Below the pieces are notes generated by a model that did no database searches, was not told the origin of the DNA, and saw nothing but the letters and a program-made list of their open reading frames with translations. The position numbers and the translations under genes were made by a program. 59,971 nucleotides of DNA from a virus (lineage: Duplodnaviria > Caudoviricetes): the IMG/VR virus record IMGVR_UViG_3300048556_000258, positions 1-59,971 of that record. One strand, 5' to 3'. This document shows positions 45,314 to 54,349 of this stretch, one piece after another (position 1 is the first letter of the stretch; every line of letters starts with the position of its first letter).

Positions 45314-45946
45314 CTATATACCTGTTGTAGCGAAGGTACCAACCGCCGCACTTGTGTTAAGATTATAGTGACCGTTTAGTCTTACTATGTACTGATGACC
45401 AACTGCAGAATAGTCTGAGTTAGCCTCATCTTCATAAAGACCAACAATCCTTACATCAAGTGTATTAGTTGTAGCGGCTGTACTGATATCTAGCATATCA
45501 CTAGATCTACCAGTAGCTGTACTACCGTTGTTTACACTTGCCATGTCACAGTTGACAAAAACATCCGCAAGAGCTGTTGCTCTATTAGTGTTTGTACCAT
45601 CTGCAACTACAGCATAAAGTTGAAAAGGATCGTCATAGACGAATGCTTTCACAGGAAAGTCTGTGTCCACACTTACTGCGTTTGCTCCCGGCCAATAGTT
45701 TTTAAAAGTAGTTTTACCAGTAACAGAGTCTACAAACTCTACGCCTGCTAATACACCTAAAGGAGATATCGCTTGATCAGAGATAATGATAGTTCCTGTA
45801 GAGGCAGGACATACGATCCCGCCATTGTATATAGCTGTTGCATAAGTGCTTGCAATCTCATACTGTGTTGTGGCGTTATTATTTGGGTTGCCACCTACCT
45901 TTCCTATCGGACGAAGACCATAACCAGCTGTTAGATTATTTGCCAT
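45314..45946 (-). CDS. Capsid-associated (decoration/cement-like) protein
   Basis: MAN...YGLRP.G...; directly upstream of the capsid gene. Confidence 0.65.
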   Translation of the reverse strand: MANNLTAGYGLRPIGKVGGNPNNNATTQYEIASTYATAIYNGGIVCPASTGTIIISDQAISPLGVLAGVEFVDSVTGKTTFKNYWPGANAVSVDTDFPVKAFVYDDPFQLYAVVADGTNTNRATALADVFVNCDMASVNNGSTATGRSSDMLDISTAATTNTLDVRIVGLYEDEANSDYSAVGHQYIVRLNGHYNLNTSAAVGTFATTGI

Positions 45947-45973
45947 TTATTTTACTCCAATAATGGGGCCATC

Positions 45974-46462
45974 CTATTGTTTTTTAGGACCGCCAAAGGT
46001 TACACGAGATTGACGATCTGGTCGATTGATCGTCATAGTTGAATGTGCGTTTTCTCTCATCATATCTGAATCCACTGCTTGCATCTGATCAGCTTTTCTT
46101 TGATTAAAATAAGCTGTTCTTTCTGCGATGGTTTCAACAGGCATACGAGCTAAAACTAACCCACCTACTCCGAAAACACCTTCATATTTACCCGAATCTA
46201 CTACTGGGGCTTCAAAATCTGGGTATTCGTCTGCTCTTACGAGCTCCCAACCTTCTCTAAGTTTTGCGGAAACATTTTTGGTATCATTGAAACCACGAGT
46301 TTCTGCTCTTACCCATCGATGTTTAAAGCCATCTGGTGCGGGTGGTGCATCCAGCATGGATGGTGGAGCCCACGGCTTACGCGATGCCGCCTTCTCCCTT
46401 GTCTGTGTTGCGCGAGGAGTTCTTTTAATAGAACCTTCAAACATTTCGTCTTGTTGTGCCAT
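45974..46462 (-). CDS. Conserved head-module protein
   Basis: WAPPSMLDAPPAPDGFKHRWVR...LREGWELVR...GVGGLVLARMP. Confidence 0.75.
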   Translation of the reverse strand: MAQQDEMFEGSIKRTPRATQTREKAASRKPWAPPSMLDAPPAPDGFKHRWVRAETRGFNDTKNVSAKLREGWELVRADEYPDFEAPVVDSGKYEGVFGVGGLVLARMPVETIAERTAYFNQRKADQMQAVDSDMMRENAHSTMTINRPDRQSRVTFGGPKKQ

Positions 46463-46467
46463 TTATT

Positions 46468-47367
46468 TTACTCCTTAACGTATTTTGCGTATTGTTCTAG
46501 ACTTACCCCAAGTTTTTTGGCCATAGCCACTTGTCTTTGAGTTAGTCTAACCTTGTTCCCACTACTGCGCCCAGTTCCGGAGGACCTATTAACAGATGCA
46601 ACCGTCTGGGCGGGTCGCTTGCTCTGAGATCCTTCCTTAAACTTATGAGGAAACTCTTCCTTCATTCGTTTATCTAATACATCATAATACTCATCGCTCT
46701 TCGGGTCAATACCTTCTGACTCAACAAGTTCTTTATGTATGCCAAATGCTGCATATGTCATGGCGCTATCTTCGCCAAACCAATCATTCCTTTGTGCCCA
46801 ACTTTCTGCTTTAGGGTCAGGCCTTGCAGGGGCTTGAGGGGCTGTTTGCTGGGCCACAGGCTGCGCTGGGGGCTGCTTTTGTCTTCTCTCGTTAGCTGAC
46901 TTAGCCTGAGCCGCTCTATCGGCCTCTACAGCTAATTGTGTCATTTTTCTTTGAGCAGCTACAGCAGATTCTGTATCACCAATTTCCATGGCATTTCTCA
47001 AAGCAGCTTCTGTTTGAGCCATCTCTGATTCTACGCGACCACTGTATTGATCAACATAGCTGTTATCCATTTGATTCAGTCTTTGGGCTAATTCTGCGTT
47101 TTCTTTAGCCTTTATTTGCGCGAACCGAGTAGCTTCTTCAGCGTTCTTCTCAGCTTCCCGCATCTTTTTTGTAAGTCTATTAATTCTCTTCTGAGTTTGG
47201 TTCTCACTTTTCTTAAACTCATCTTCAGCAGCTTCCGAAGTTGCAACAGCAGCTTCTTGAGCAGCTTCCTCATTTGGAGAATCGTTTTCAACAGTAACTT
47301 CAACATCAGGACCTTCTTCTTCCCCTAAGTCTAAATCTAATTCAGCTTGTGCTTCTTTTCCACTCAT
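46468..47367 (-). CDS. Capsid scaffolding protein
   Basis: Acidic N-terminus, coiled coil, C-terminal LTQRQVAMAKKLGVSLEQYAKY capsid-binding-like helix. Confidence 0.75.
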   Translation of the reverse strand: MSGKEAQAELDLDLGEEEGPDVEVTVENDSPNEEAAQEAAVATSEAAEDEFKKSENQTQKRINRLTKKMREAEKNAEEATRFAQIKAKENAELAQRLNQMDNSYVDQYSGRVESEMAQTEAALRNAMEIGDTESAVAAQRKMTQLAVEADRAAQAKSANERRQKQPPAQPVAQQTAPQAPARPDPKAESWAQRNDWFGEDSAMTYAAFGIHKELVESEGIDPKSDEYYDVLDKRMKEEFPHKFKEGSQSKRPAQTVASVNRSSGTGRSSGNKVRLTQRQVAMAKKLGVSLEQYAKYVKE

Positions 47368-47376
47368 ATCTACCTC

Positions 47377-47796
47377 TTAATAATGTAAAATGTCTTCAGG
47401 GTCCATAATTTTTGCTAAAATCTCGTCATCATTTAAAATTCTGACCTCTCCGCCATCTATTTTAAAACGAGACCCCGCATATCGGGCAAACATCACCCAA
47501 TCTTTCTCCACGCACCACGGTCCTGCTGGAAATTTCTCTGTATCCTTGTAAGCTAAAGGTCCTGTCTTTAAAACATAACCAACTTGCGTAGAAACTTGAC
47601 CTTCTTCTACAATTTTATCCGGTAAAAAAATACCCCCTTCTGTCTTACCTTTACCTCTGTAAGGTAAAATAAGTATTCTCCAACCCGTTGGTTGGGGCAT
47701 TCTGTCTATTAAGCTTTGTTCAATTAAATTAGGGTCTAAAACTCTATCTTTTGGGTCTACATAAGCCCCATTTAGTTCTGTTGCTGATGCTTCCAT
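47377..47796 (-). CDS. groES: Co-chaperonin GroES
   Basis: PTGWRILI...KTEGGIFLP...GYVLKTGP...DWVMFARYAG...RILNDDEILA. Confidence 0.9.
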   Translation of the reverse strand: MEASATELNGAYVDPKDRVLDPNLIEQSLIDRMPQPTGWRILILPYRGKGKTEGGIFLPDKIVEEGQVSTQVGYVLKTGPLAYKDTEKFPAGPWCVEKDWVMFARYAGSRFKIDGGEVRILNDDEILAKIMDPEDILHY

Positions 47797-47994
47797 TTAA
47801 ACTTCCTCTTGTTCTTGCTTCTCTAAAAGATTTTTTATTTCACTCTCTAAAAAATCTAAAGACTTTAACTCTCCCATGAGACCCTTGTAATGTATCATGT
47901 CTTTTACATTATCAAATTCTAATGTCTCACGAATAAGTTCTCTTCTTTCTTTTATAAGCCTAAATACAGCTTGTGCAAGATAAATCTCATTCAT
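47797..47994 (-). CDS. Small conserved head-module protein
   Basis: 65 aa; VKDMIHYKGLMGEL pattern before groES. Confidence 0.7.
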   Translation of the reverse strand: MNEIYLAQAVFRLIKERRELIRETLEFDNVKDMIHYKGLMGELKSLDFLESEIKNLLEKQEQEEV

Positions 47995-48056
47995 TTCTAT
48001 AAAAACCTAATATTTTCTTATTCTGTCGTATATAATCTTATATATTGCAGCAAATG

Positions 48057-48167
48057 TCAACGTTCCTGAGCACGTTTTATTCCTATAACATGCTTTCTGT
48101 AAAAAAAATTACCTATCTTACAAAAAAACTTTGAAAACTCTAGATATGTTCTGGTTTTGAAGGTCAT
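48057..48167 (-). CDS. Micro-ORF, 36 aa, amphipathic/basic
   Basis: MTFKTRTYLEFSKFFCKIGNFFYRKHVIGIKRAQER; TAATG coupling. Confidence 0.5.
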   Translation of the reverse strand: MTFKTRTYLEFSKFFCKIGNFFYRKHVIGIKRAQER

Positions 48168-48262
48168 TACATACACAAGTCCTGATACTTAGTTGTGTGA
48201 AGCCTATGTTTAGATAAATCTCCGCTAGAAGAATTTAATAATTTTTTAATCCAATTAATCAT
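48167..48262 (-). CDS. Micro-ORF, 31 aa
   Basis: MINWIKKLLNSSSGDLSKHRLHTTKYQDLCM; ATGA overlap with the holin stop. Confidence 0.55.
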   Translation of the reverse strand: MINWIKKLLNSSSGDLSKHRLHTTKYQDLCM

Positions 48263-48654
48263 TTTGTTAACCCCTTATACTTTTCAAATGACCTCAAACC
48301 GCCAAGTCCCAACATACCCATCAAAACAGTCATTAAACTGCCCATATCAAAAGCAGGTAGGTCTGGTATAAATATGTCTAAATAAGCACACACAAACAAT
48401 GTAATAGGAGACAGCACGAAATGCCAACATAGGGCTACACCACAAGTCCAACCAATGAAAGGCCTCCATCCTGCTACAAAAATAGATTTGTGTTGTGCCT
48501 CGGCCTTGTTGATTTCAAGCTGACCTTTAGCTAGTTCTTGTGCATGGTTCTCAGCCATAGTGGCTATTTCATGTGCTAATTTATTTTTAGCATCTTTATC
48601 TTCTATAAACTTACCAACTAAATTACTTACTGGTCCTATTAAAGCTGTTAACAT
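48259..48654 (-). CDS. Holin (3TM, GTA-holin-like)
   Basis: FVAGWRPFIGWTCG...LMGMLGLGGLRSFEK. Confidence 0.85.
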   Translation of the reverse strand: MLTALIGPVSNLVGKFIEDKDAKNKLAHEIATMAENHAQELAKGQLEINKAEAQHKSIFVAGWRPFIGWTCGVALCWHFVLSPITLFVCAYLDIFIPDLPAFDMGSLMTVLMGMLGLGGLRSFEKYKGLTK

Positions 48655-48863
48655 TACTTATGCTCCTTATGTTCGTGACCCATCCATATACCAAACACAC
48701 CCGTCATTACACCCATAACCACAGATACAAAAGCTGATTGTGCCGCAGTCGGTGCATCTAAATCCATAAACCACTCAGCACAACGCCATGACATGACTGT
48801 ACTAGCAAGCATCATACATCTTGGGAGAATTTTCCATTTAAGAAACTGTTCAACTGTAACCAT
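48654..48863 (-). CDS. Small two-TM membrane protein
   Basis: WKILPR.MML...WFMDL..PT..QSAFVSVVMGVMTGVFGIW. Confidence 0.75.
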   Translation of the reverse strand: MVTVEQFLKWKILPRCMMLASTVMSWRCAEWFMDLDAPTAAQSAFVSVVMGVMTGVFGIWMGHEHKEHK

Positions 48864-49060
48864 TAGTACACCTTCACTTCCTCTGCATTTACAAAAGGTA
48901 TTAACTTACACATACATTCATAGACCTGCGGTTTGTCTTGTTTCATATATGTTTGATTATTTAATTTATCTCTGTATTGCAAACAAACATTAACATCCTG
49001 AAAATAAATACCACCCGTGGCTATACCGTTTAGTGTGCAAGCAAGCATGAAGGCTGTCAC
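48863..49060 (-). CDS. Small Cys-containing hypothetical protein
   Basis: AFMLAC...IYF.DVN.C...C.CKL. Confidence 0.65.
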   Translation of the reverse strand: MTAFMLACTLNGIATGGIYFQDVNVCLQYRDKLNNQTYMKQDKPQVYECMCKLIPFVNAEEVKVY

Positions 49061-49062
49061 TT

Positions 49063-49257
49063 TTACATTAAATCCTTATAATAGTCAGAATTTGGAGCAA
49101 AAACTTCTCCACCATCCGCCATTTTCACAGGCTTGACTTTGTCTCCGTGACCCTCTCTTATTAAAAACTGCTCGAAGCTCATAGAATCAGAGGCAGGACC
49201 ATCAAAAAATTCTTTTCTTAACTCCTTCTCACTTCTTTTATCACCTGATTTAGCCAC
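49063..49257 (-). CDS. Small protein carrying MADGG tag
   Basis: 64 aa directly after portal; VKMADGGEV. Confidence 0.7.
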   Translation of the reverse strand: MAKSGDKRSEKELRKEFFDGPASDSMSFEQFLIREGHGDKVKPVKMADGGEVFAPNSDYYKDLM

Positions 49258-51673
49258 CTTGACCTCCTTGGTTGTTTTGTTGTTTTAGTAACTCACGTTC
49301 CATAGACGAATTAATCCTAGCTTGAGCTATACTCTCCGAACTCTGTATTCTCTTGTTAAACTGATCGTCTCTCTGCTGAACTTTCTTCTCTTCAAGACCT
49401 AGTTTAGCTCTATCTACCTGAGCGTCATTCTCTTCAGCCTGAGCCTTAACCTGTAACTCTTTCTCTTTCAACTGTACTAATGGATCAGGTCCCTGACCGC
49501 TTAGTTGGCCACTTAGAGCTTTCAGTTGTGACATACCTTCCGCAACATACTGAGCGGTCTTAGCTTCCATATCAATCATCTGCTCTTCTGATACGGCCTG
49601 TCCACCACTGGTTTGGATTAAGTCAACCGCAGCTCTCTCGCGAGCTCCAATCTTCACATGTTCCATTATATGTTTTTGAAGGGCTACCGCCATTTGTGGA
49701 GATTGAGCGACTAGAGGTGTGGATCCAAAAACCATGTGCGCCATTATATGCGCCTCGTGATCCTGCCCTTCAAAAGCTACTAATTTTATCTGATCCAAAA
49801 CATCTATGTTCTCTTGAGCTGGATCCTTTGGTATAGCCTCTGGCTCCGGTGTACGCTTCAAGATTCTGTCTATATCCCTTACGCCCAGCGCCTCGTACAT
49901 GTCTCTAAAAATCTCATACATGTTGTGCATGTCAGGAGCTGCTGTAGCTAACTGCATCTTAGTCTGAGCTAAAGATATGCGCTGGGCCTGACTGAAAACA
50001 TTCGGATTGGATACAGGTAATACATCTACCCTGTTATCAAAATCCTGCCTTCTAATACTGCTATCAACACCTGTTATACTATAAGGATATTCGTCAGGTA
50101 AAAACTCTGACATAACCTTAGATAACAACTTAAACTCAATCTTCATTGCATAATGTAAACGCTTGTGAACAGCAGACATGACCCGTGAGCCCTGTTCCAA
50201 CATCGCTATAGTTGTCCCAACAGCCGCACCTTGATTACCGTCGCCAACCTTTAAATCCGTAATCGTAGCAAATCGCTGTCCCGCATCAACCACAAAACCC
50301 AATAGACTCATTAAAGTCTGGTCAGGACCCTTAAAGGGTAAAGACATCAAACTCGCTTTTATATCACCACCCGGAGCATCTACATCTCTAAACTCTCCCG
50401 GTTGCAAGGGCTCGTCATCATCCCTGATCCGTAGGCCGCGGGCCTTGAAGCCTGCTGGTAAGTTCGACAACGTACCTGCATCAATCAACTGCCTTAATGC
50501 AGCAGTCGCGGTTCGCGATAAACCGCCAATAGTATGAATAAGTCCTAGTCCATAAAAACCAAATCCTGGAAGAAACTTGTAATGTACAAAATATTGTATC
50601 TTCGCTTTCTTCTCGTCATCTTCTTTGTAATTCCTGCGGATCGATAGTATCTGTCCATTATCCTGTGAAATAGTAACAATATAAGGAACTTTTATGCCTG
50701 TCGGCTCACCGTCCTCGTCTGTCTCTTCATAACCCTCAAGATCTAAATCAACATGACATTCTAATAAGGTACAGTCATAATCAATCTGTGATGGATACAT
50801 ACCATCAATTCTCTCAATCTCATCCGTTAAACTACCTGATTCGCTTTGGGCAGGTACCACAGGTATATCCCTATAAAATCCAGAAACTTGACGCTTTCTC
50901 AAATCATTTAAACTTAATTTTAAAACCTGTGTGATATTAGGACAAGTTTCCAGATCTGTAGTGTTGTACGGTACAATCAAATTCTCAGCGGGAACAAATT
51001 TACTGACAGCCCGCTCCAAATTCTCATCATAGTAAACCTTCTTGAAAGTACTACCCGCTAACGGTAAGTAAAATAACATCTGATCTAATTCAGGAGTATA
51101 CTCTTCCATAACACAGGTTATGTAATAATTCATAAACTCCTTTACTCGTTGAGCTTGATCCTCTTTTGCAGGAGTGCTCGATCCAAGCACAGTAGTTCGC
51201 ACGGGGCCAGTTGGGGGCAACAGCTCATTGAAGGCTTGGGCTTGGAACTGCGTCGCCGATTCCGCCAAAAGCGGGTGAGTAACCCCACTCGCACCTCTGA
51301 ATGGTTGTGATCTCTCTTCGTAGCTAAACCCAAGTAATTCCAAACCATTGGCGAAGGCATCTTCCCACTCCTGTCTACCACTCTTGTTCTCATCAAACTC
51401 ACCTGTAAGCTCACTCGCAATCCTGCCAAGTAAACCATCCGGCATCTCTTCAGCTAGGTTAGCATAGAAGTCTTCGGTAGTGCCGCGTTGATCCCGTGGC
51501 TCAAAATCAACAACAACACTACCATCATCTTCTTCCATAATCTCTACGTCTTCTGGGATAGGTCCCATGTCAAGACTATCTGGCATCTCTATTTCTACTT
51601 CAGCAGCTAACTCTTCTTCGTCCATCTGAGATGGGACACCCTCCATCATGCTGCCTATCGGTTCTCTTGCCAT
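49250..51673 (-). CDS. Portal protein
   Basis: 807 aa; FYANLAE...PFRGASGVTHPLLAE...LPLAGSTFKKVYYD...LIDAGTLSNLP; C-terminal coiled-coil barrel. Confidence 0.88.
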   Translation of the reverse strand: MAREPIGSMMEGVPSQMDEEELAAEVEIEMPDSLDMGPIPEDVEIMEEDDGSVVVDFEPRDQRGTTEDFYANLAEEMPDGLLGRIASELTGEFDENKSGRQEWEDAFANGLELLGFSYEERSQPFRGASGVTHPLLAESATQFQAQAFNELLPPTGPVRTTVLGSSTPAKEDQAQRVKEFMNYYITCVMEEYTPELDQMLFYLPLAGSTFKKVYYDENLERAVSKFVPAENLIVPYNTTDLETCPNITQVLKLSLNDLRKRQVSGFYRDIPVVPAQSESGSLTDEIERIDGMYPSQIDYDCTLLECHVDLDLEGYEETDEDGEPTGIKVPYIVTISQDNGQILSIRRNYKEDDEKKAKIQYFVHYKFLPGFGFYGLGLIHTIGGLSRTATAALRQLIDAGTLSNLPAGFKARGLRIRDDDEPLQPGEFRDVDAPGGDIKASLMSLPFKGPDQTLMSLLGFVVDAGQRFATITDLKVGDGNQGAAVGTTIAMLEQGSRVMSAVHKRLHYAMKIEFKLLSKVMSEFLPDEYPYSITGVDSSIRRQDFDNRVDVLPVSNPNVFSQAQRISLAQTKMQLATAAPDMHNMYEIFRDMYEALGVRDIDRILKRTPEPEAIPKDPAQENIDVLDQIKLVAFEGQDHEAHIMAHMVFGSTPLVAQSPQMAVALQKHIMEHVKIGARERAAVDLIQTSGGQAVSEEQMIDMEAKTAQYVAEGMSQLKALSGQLSGQGPDPLVQLKEKELQVKAQAEENDAQVDRAKLGLEEKKVQQRDDQFNKRIQSSESIAQARINSSMERELLKQQNNQGGQGG

Positions 51674-51692
51674 GTAATTCTCCTTTTAGGTA

Positions 51693-53291
51693 CTATACCA
51701 CAGATTGTATATAATATTCAATGCCCCGTGGGCCACGGTTCATGTTTACCGCTTTTTCCTTCAAACTTACTACGCCGCCATCCTCCATCATAAAGTCTGG
51801 ATCATCAAACTTTTTAGGATCTTTTTTAGCCGCAGGACTTTGCAAAACCTTAGTGCTTCCCTTTGGTCTGTCTAATAACATTACATAGGAAAGATTACCG
51901 GTATCTTCATACTTGTTGACGTATGGTATATGTGTAAACCCTTCATCAGCCAACTCTCTTGAAAGTTTTTGCATAGCTTTTCTTATATCGTTATCGGAAA
52001 CATTGGGGCTTTCAAAATATAAATCATCTTTTGAAAATTTGTTGTTACTTAATCGTCCTAATTGATTAGCTTTAAAAAGATCTAATTCTTCTTCAGTAAA
52101 AGGTTTTTTGGTTGCAGGGTTTAAAAAAGGTTTACTTAAATCTGCTTTTAAAGGCACAGAGCCCCCAAGAGTTTCTTTATTGTCGGGCTTTATATCTCTT
52201 TTTTGTATGTCTTTAAGTATTTCATCAGCACTTTTACCTTCATATCTCTTGTTAAGATCCGGCATTATACCATAGTTTTTTGTGAAAAAACGATCAGAGG
52301 CCGCCTTGGGTGTAGACCCTACATGTGGGCCTAGGTCTAAATAAGGTAATTTATTTAAATCAAACTCTGTAAATCCCGGATCCATAGTGAAATGATACAC
52401 AGGTGTATCTATCTTACCAAAAGCAACAGCCTCTTTCATACCTTTTCTTTGATCTCCAATACCTCGAGCACCGGGAACTTCAGTTATTTTAGCATCACCC
52501 ACTGCTGCCTGTATCACATCCTTATAATCCTTACCTCCCTGAACAATAACATTATCATAGCCCTCTAAAGTATTTCTGATCCTATTCATTTGAGAAGCAT
52601 CTTGCTTAAACAACTCTGCTTTCTTAGGACTCATCTTGTCATTGTAATTTTCTATAGGAGTGTCCGCTCTTATCAAACCATGCTTGGCAGACATTATCGC
52701 TACGTCAACATCCGAAGGGACACCCATTGATTTTAAACTTTGAAACACGGGACCCAGATAACGGTCAATGGCTTCTTTATCCCCAACATCAGGACATTTT
52801 GTGTCACTACAAGATAAAACTAAAAGACGACGTCCTGACTTGTTTTCAGAACTGAATAAGCTACCTGAACCTAAGTTCAAATCATCTGGGACAGCAGACA
52901 CGCCTGACGTATCACCTTCCATCTTCATAACGCTAGAATCCACATCAGGACCTCCAGCTACAGCTGTCTTGGGTCCCAAATAAGGTATAAAACCCTCTAA
53001 CCCCTTTTTAGCTGCTTTGGCCGCAGGACCCACAATAGGTAACATACTTGCAACACCTAAAGTCGCTAAACCAGTACCTTTAGCAGCCTCTACAAAATCA
53101 TCGCTTGAAATCATTTTACCGCTTTGAGACAAAACTTCCGGCAGCTCGTATGCCGCTATAGCTTCCCCCGTGCCGGGTAAAAAAGATAAAGCATCATACG
53201 CATCTTCTATGGAAGTACCTTTTTTGTCCTTAGCCTCTAAACGAGATAAAACATCTCTATAAGTTTTTTGAGCCTCAGCCATCTCTTCCAA
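51693..53291 (-). CDS. Modular effector-like protein: pre-toxin-like hairpin + DUF6884/YaaA-like + ART-PolyVal-like ADP-ribosyltransferase + MEDGG tag
   Basis: SFLPGTGEAIA...LGVASMLPIVG; LVLSCSDTK...A.DRY.G...IMSAKHGLI...IENYNDKM; PVYH...F.EFD...G.H.G...GFTHIPYVN..E...SYVML. Confidence 0.65.
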   Translation of the reverse strand: MEEMAEAQKTYRDVLSRLEAKDKKGTSIEDAYDALSFLPGTGEAIAAYELPEVLSQSGKMISSDDFVEAAKGTGLATLGVASMLPIVGPAAKAAKKGLEGFIPYLGPKTAVAGGPDVDSSVMKMEGDTSGVSAVPDDLNLGSGSLFSSENKSGRRLLVLSCSDTKCPDVGDKEAIDRYLGPVFQSLKSMGVPSDVDVAIMSAKHGLIRADTPIENYNDKMSPKKAELFKQDASQMNRIRNTLEGYDNVIVQGGKDYKDVIQAAVGDAKITEVPGARGIGDQRKGMKEAVAFGKIDTPVYHFTMDPGFTEFDLNKLPYLDLGPHVGSTPKAASDRFFTKNYGIMPDLNKRYEGKSADEILKDIQKRDIKPDNKETLGGSVPLKADLSKPFLNPATKKPFTEEELDLFKANQLGRLSNNKFSKDDLYFESPNVSDNDIRKAMQKLSRELADEGFTHIPYVNKYEDTGNLSYVMLLDRPKGSTKVLQSPAAKKDPKKFDDPDFMMEDGGVVSLKEKAVNMNRGPRGIEYYIQSVV

Positions 53292-54348
53292 GAACCTGTG
53301 CTAACTGGGCCATGAGCCGTGGGTCGCGGGATTGGGTTACACCACCTTGTTTCATGATGCGGTTCATTACCAACATGTTTCTGTCAGCAGGTATCTCCTG
53401 CATCTCAACTGTTGTCTTTTTCATTAAACTAGATACACCGCCACCGTCGGCGAAAAGTTTAGGTTCCTCTGAAATATTAAACACTCCTTGCATAGGGGAC
53501 CCTGCATTAGGGTCTGAAGGACCTTTAGCTAAAGCGGCCTGTATTCTAGCGTTCTCTTCTGGACTTTTTATATCTCGTTGTTGTTGCCTACCTAAAGCTT
53601 GCTCGTAAGTCATTTCAGGTGAAACGCCTAAAGTAGGTCTTGCACTTTGAAATTCAAGAGCAGGGTTTGACAAAGAATAAGTATCTGGTCCAAAGTTAGA
53701 TAAAAAAGGCAGTCTATTGAGCGTAAAGTCAGGCTGCGGTCTATCGTAATCTTGAGGTTTAGGAAAACCATTAGGAAATAAGTTAGTTTTAACGGGTCTT
53801 GCCATTGTATCTTTTATTTTCATAGGTCCAAAAACGCTTTGACCACCCGTGTCGACCCCACCTAAATTAAATCTTTCAGAGGCCATTTGATGAATTTCAT
53901 CAATAAAAGGATCTACTTGATTCTGGTCTATGACTTCACTCAAAAATTGACGATAAGAGTCTAAGGGTCCACTACCCCCATGAGAGCTTATCTGTCCTAG
54001 CATAGCTAATCCGCCTTCTCTCATATAAACTTTATCAGATTGAGGTGTACTTAATATTCCAGAAGGATCCGCCAATCCGCCTTCCGACTCGCTACCACCG
54101 AACTCTAAAAACTTTCTTCTTATTTCATCCATAGGTTCTGCAAATTCTTCAGGAGCAGTTGTCGTATCTTGGCCTAAGGAGTCTAACGCATAAGGATCCT
54201 CTTCTAACATCCTTATGATTTCATCAGGACCCATATCATCTATATTCTGGTTCTCCATCATATACTGGTCACCAAAATCTGTACTACTGTCAAAAATAGG
54301 AATGTCGTCTTTAGTTGCGTTGCGTACTACACTATCAGCCATGTTCAC
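53275..54348 (-). CDS. Low-complexity protein with multiple xxGG tags
   Basis: 357 aa, likely disordered; YMREGGL, FNLGG, FADGGGV, MKQGGV. Confidence 0.65.
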   Translation of the reverse strand: MNMADSVVRNATKDDIPIFDSSTDFGDQYMMENQNIDDMGPDEIIRMLEEDPYALDSLGQDTTTAPEEFAEPMDEIRRKFLEFGGSESEGGLADPSGILSTPQSDKVYMREGGLAMLGQISSHGGSGPLDSYRQFLSEVIDQNQVDPFIDEIHQMASERFNLGGVDTGGQSVFGPMKIKDTMARPVKTNLFPNGFPKPQDYDRPQPDFTLNRLPFLSNFGPDTYSLSNPALEFQSARPTLGVSPEMTYEQALGRQQQRDIKSPEENARIQAALAKGPSDPNAGSPMQGVFNISEEPKLFADGGGVSSLMKKTTVEMQEIPADRNMLVMNRIMKQGGVTQSRDPRLMAQLAQVLGRDG

Positions 54349-54349
54349 C

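Noticed and set aside
48001-48060. TTGACA promoter upstream of the groES unit
   Set aside because: No convincing -10 at 16-18 nt; possible but not supported enough to call
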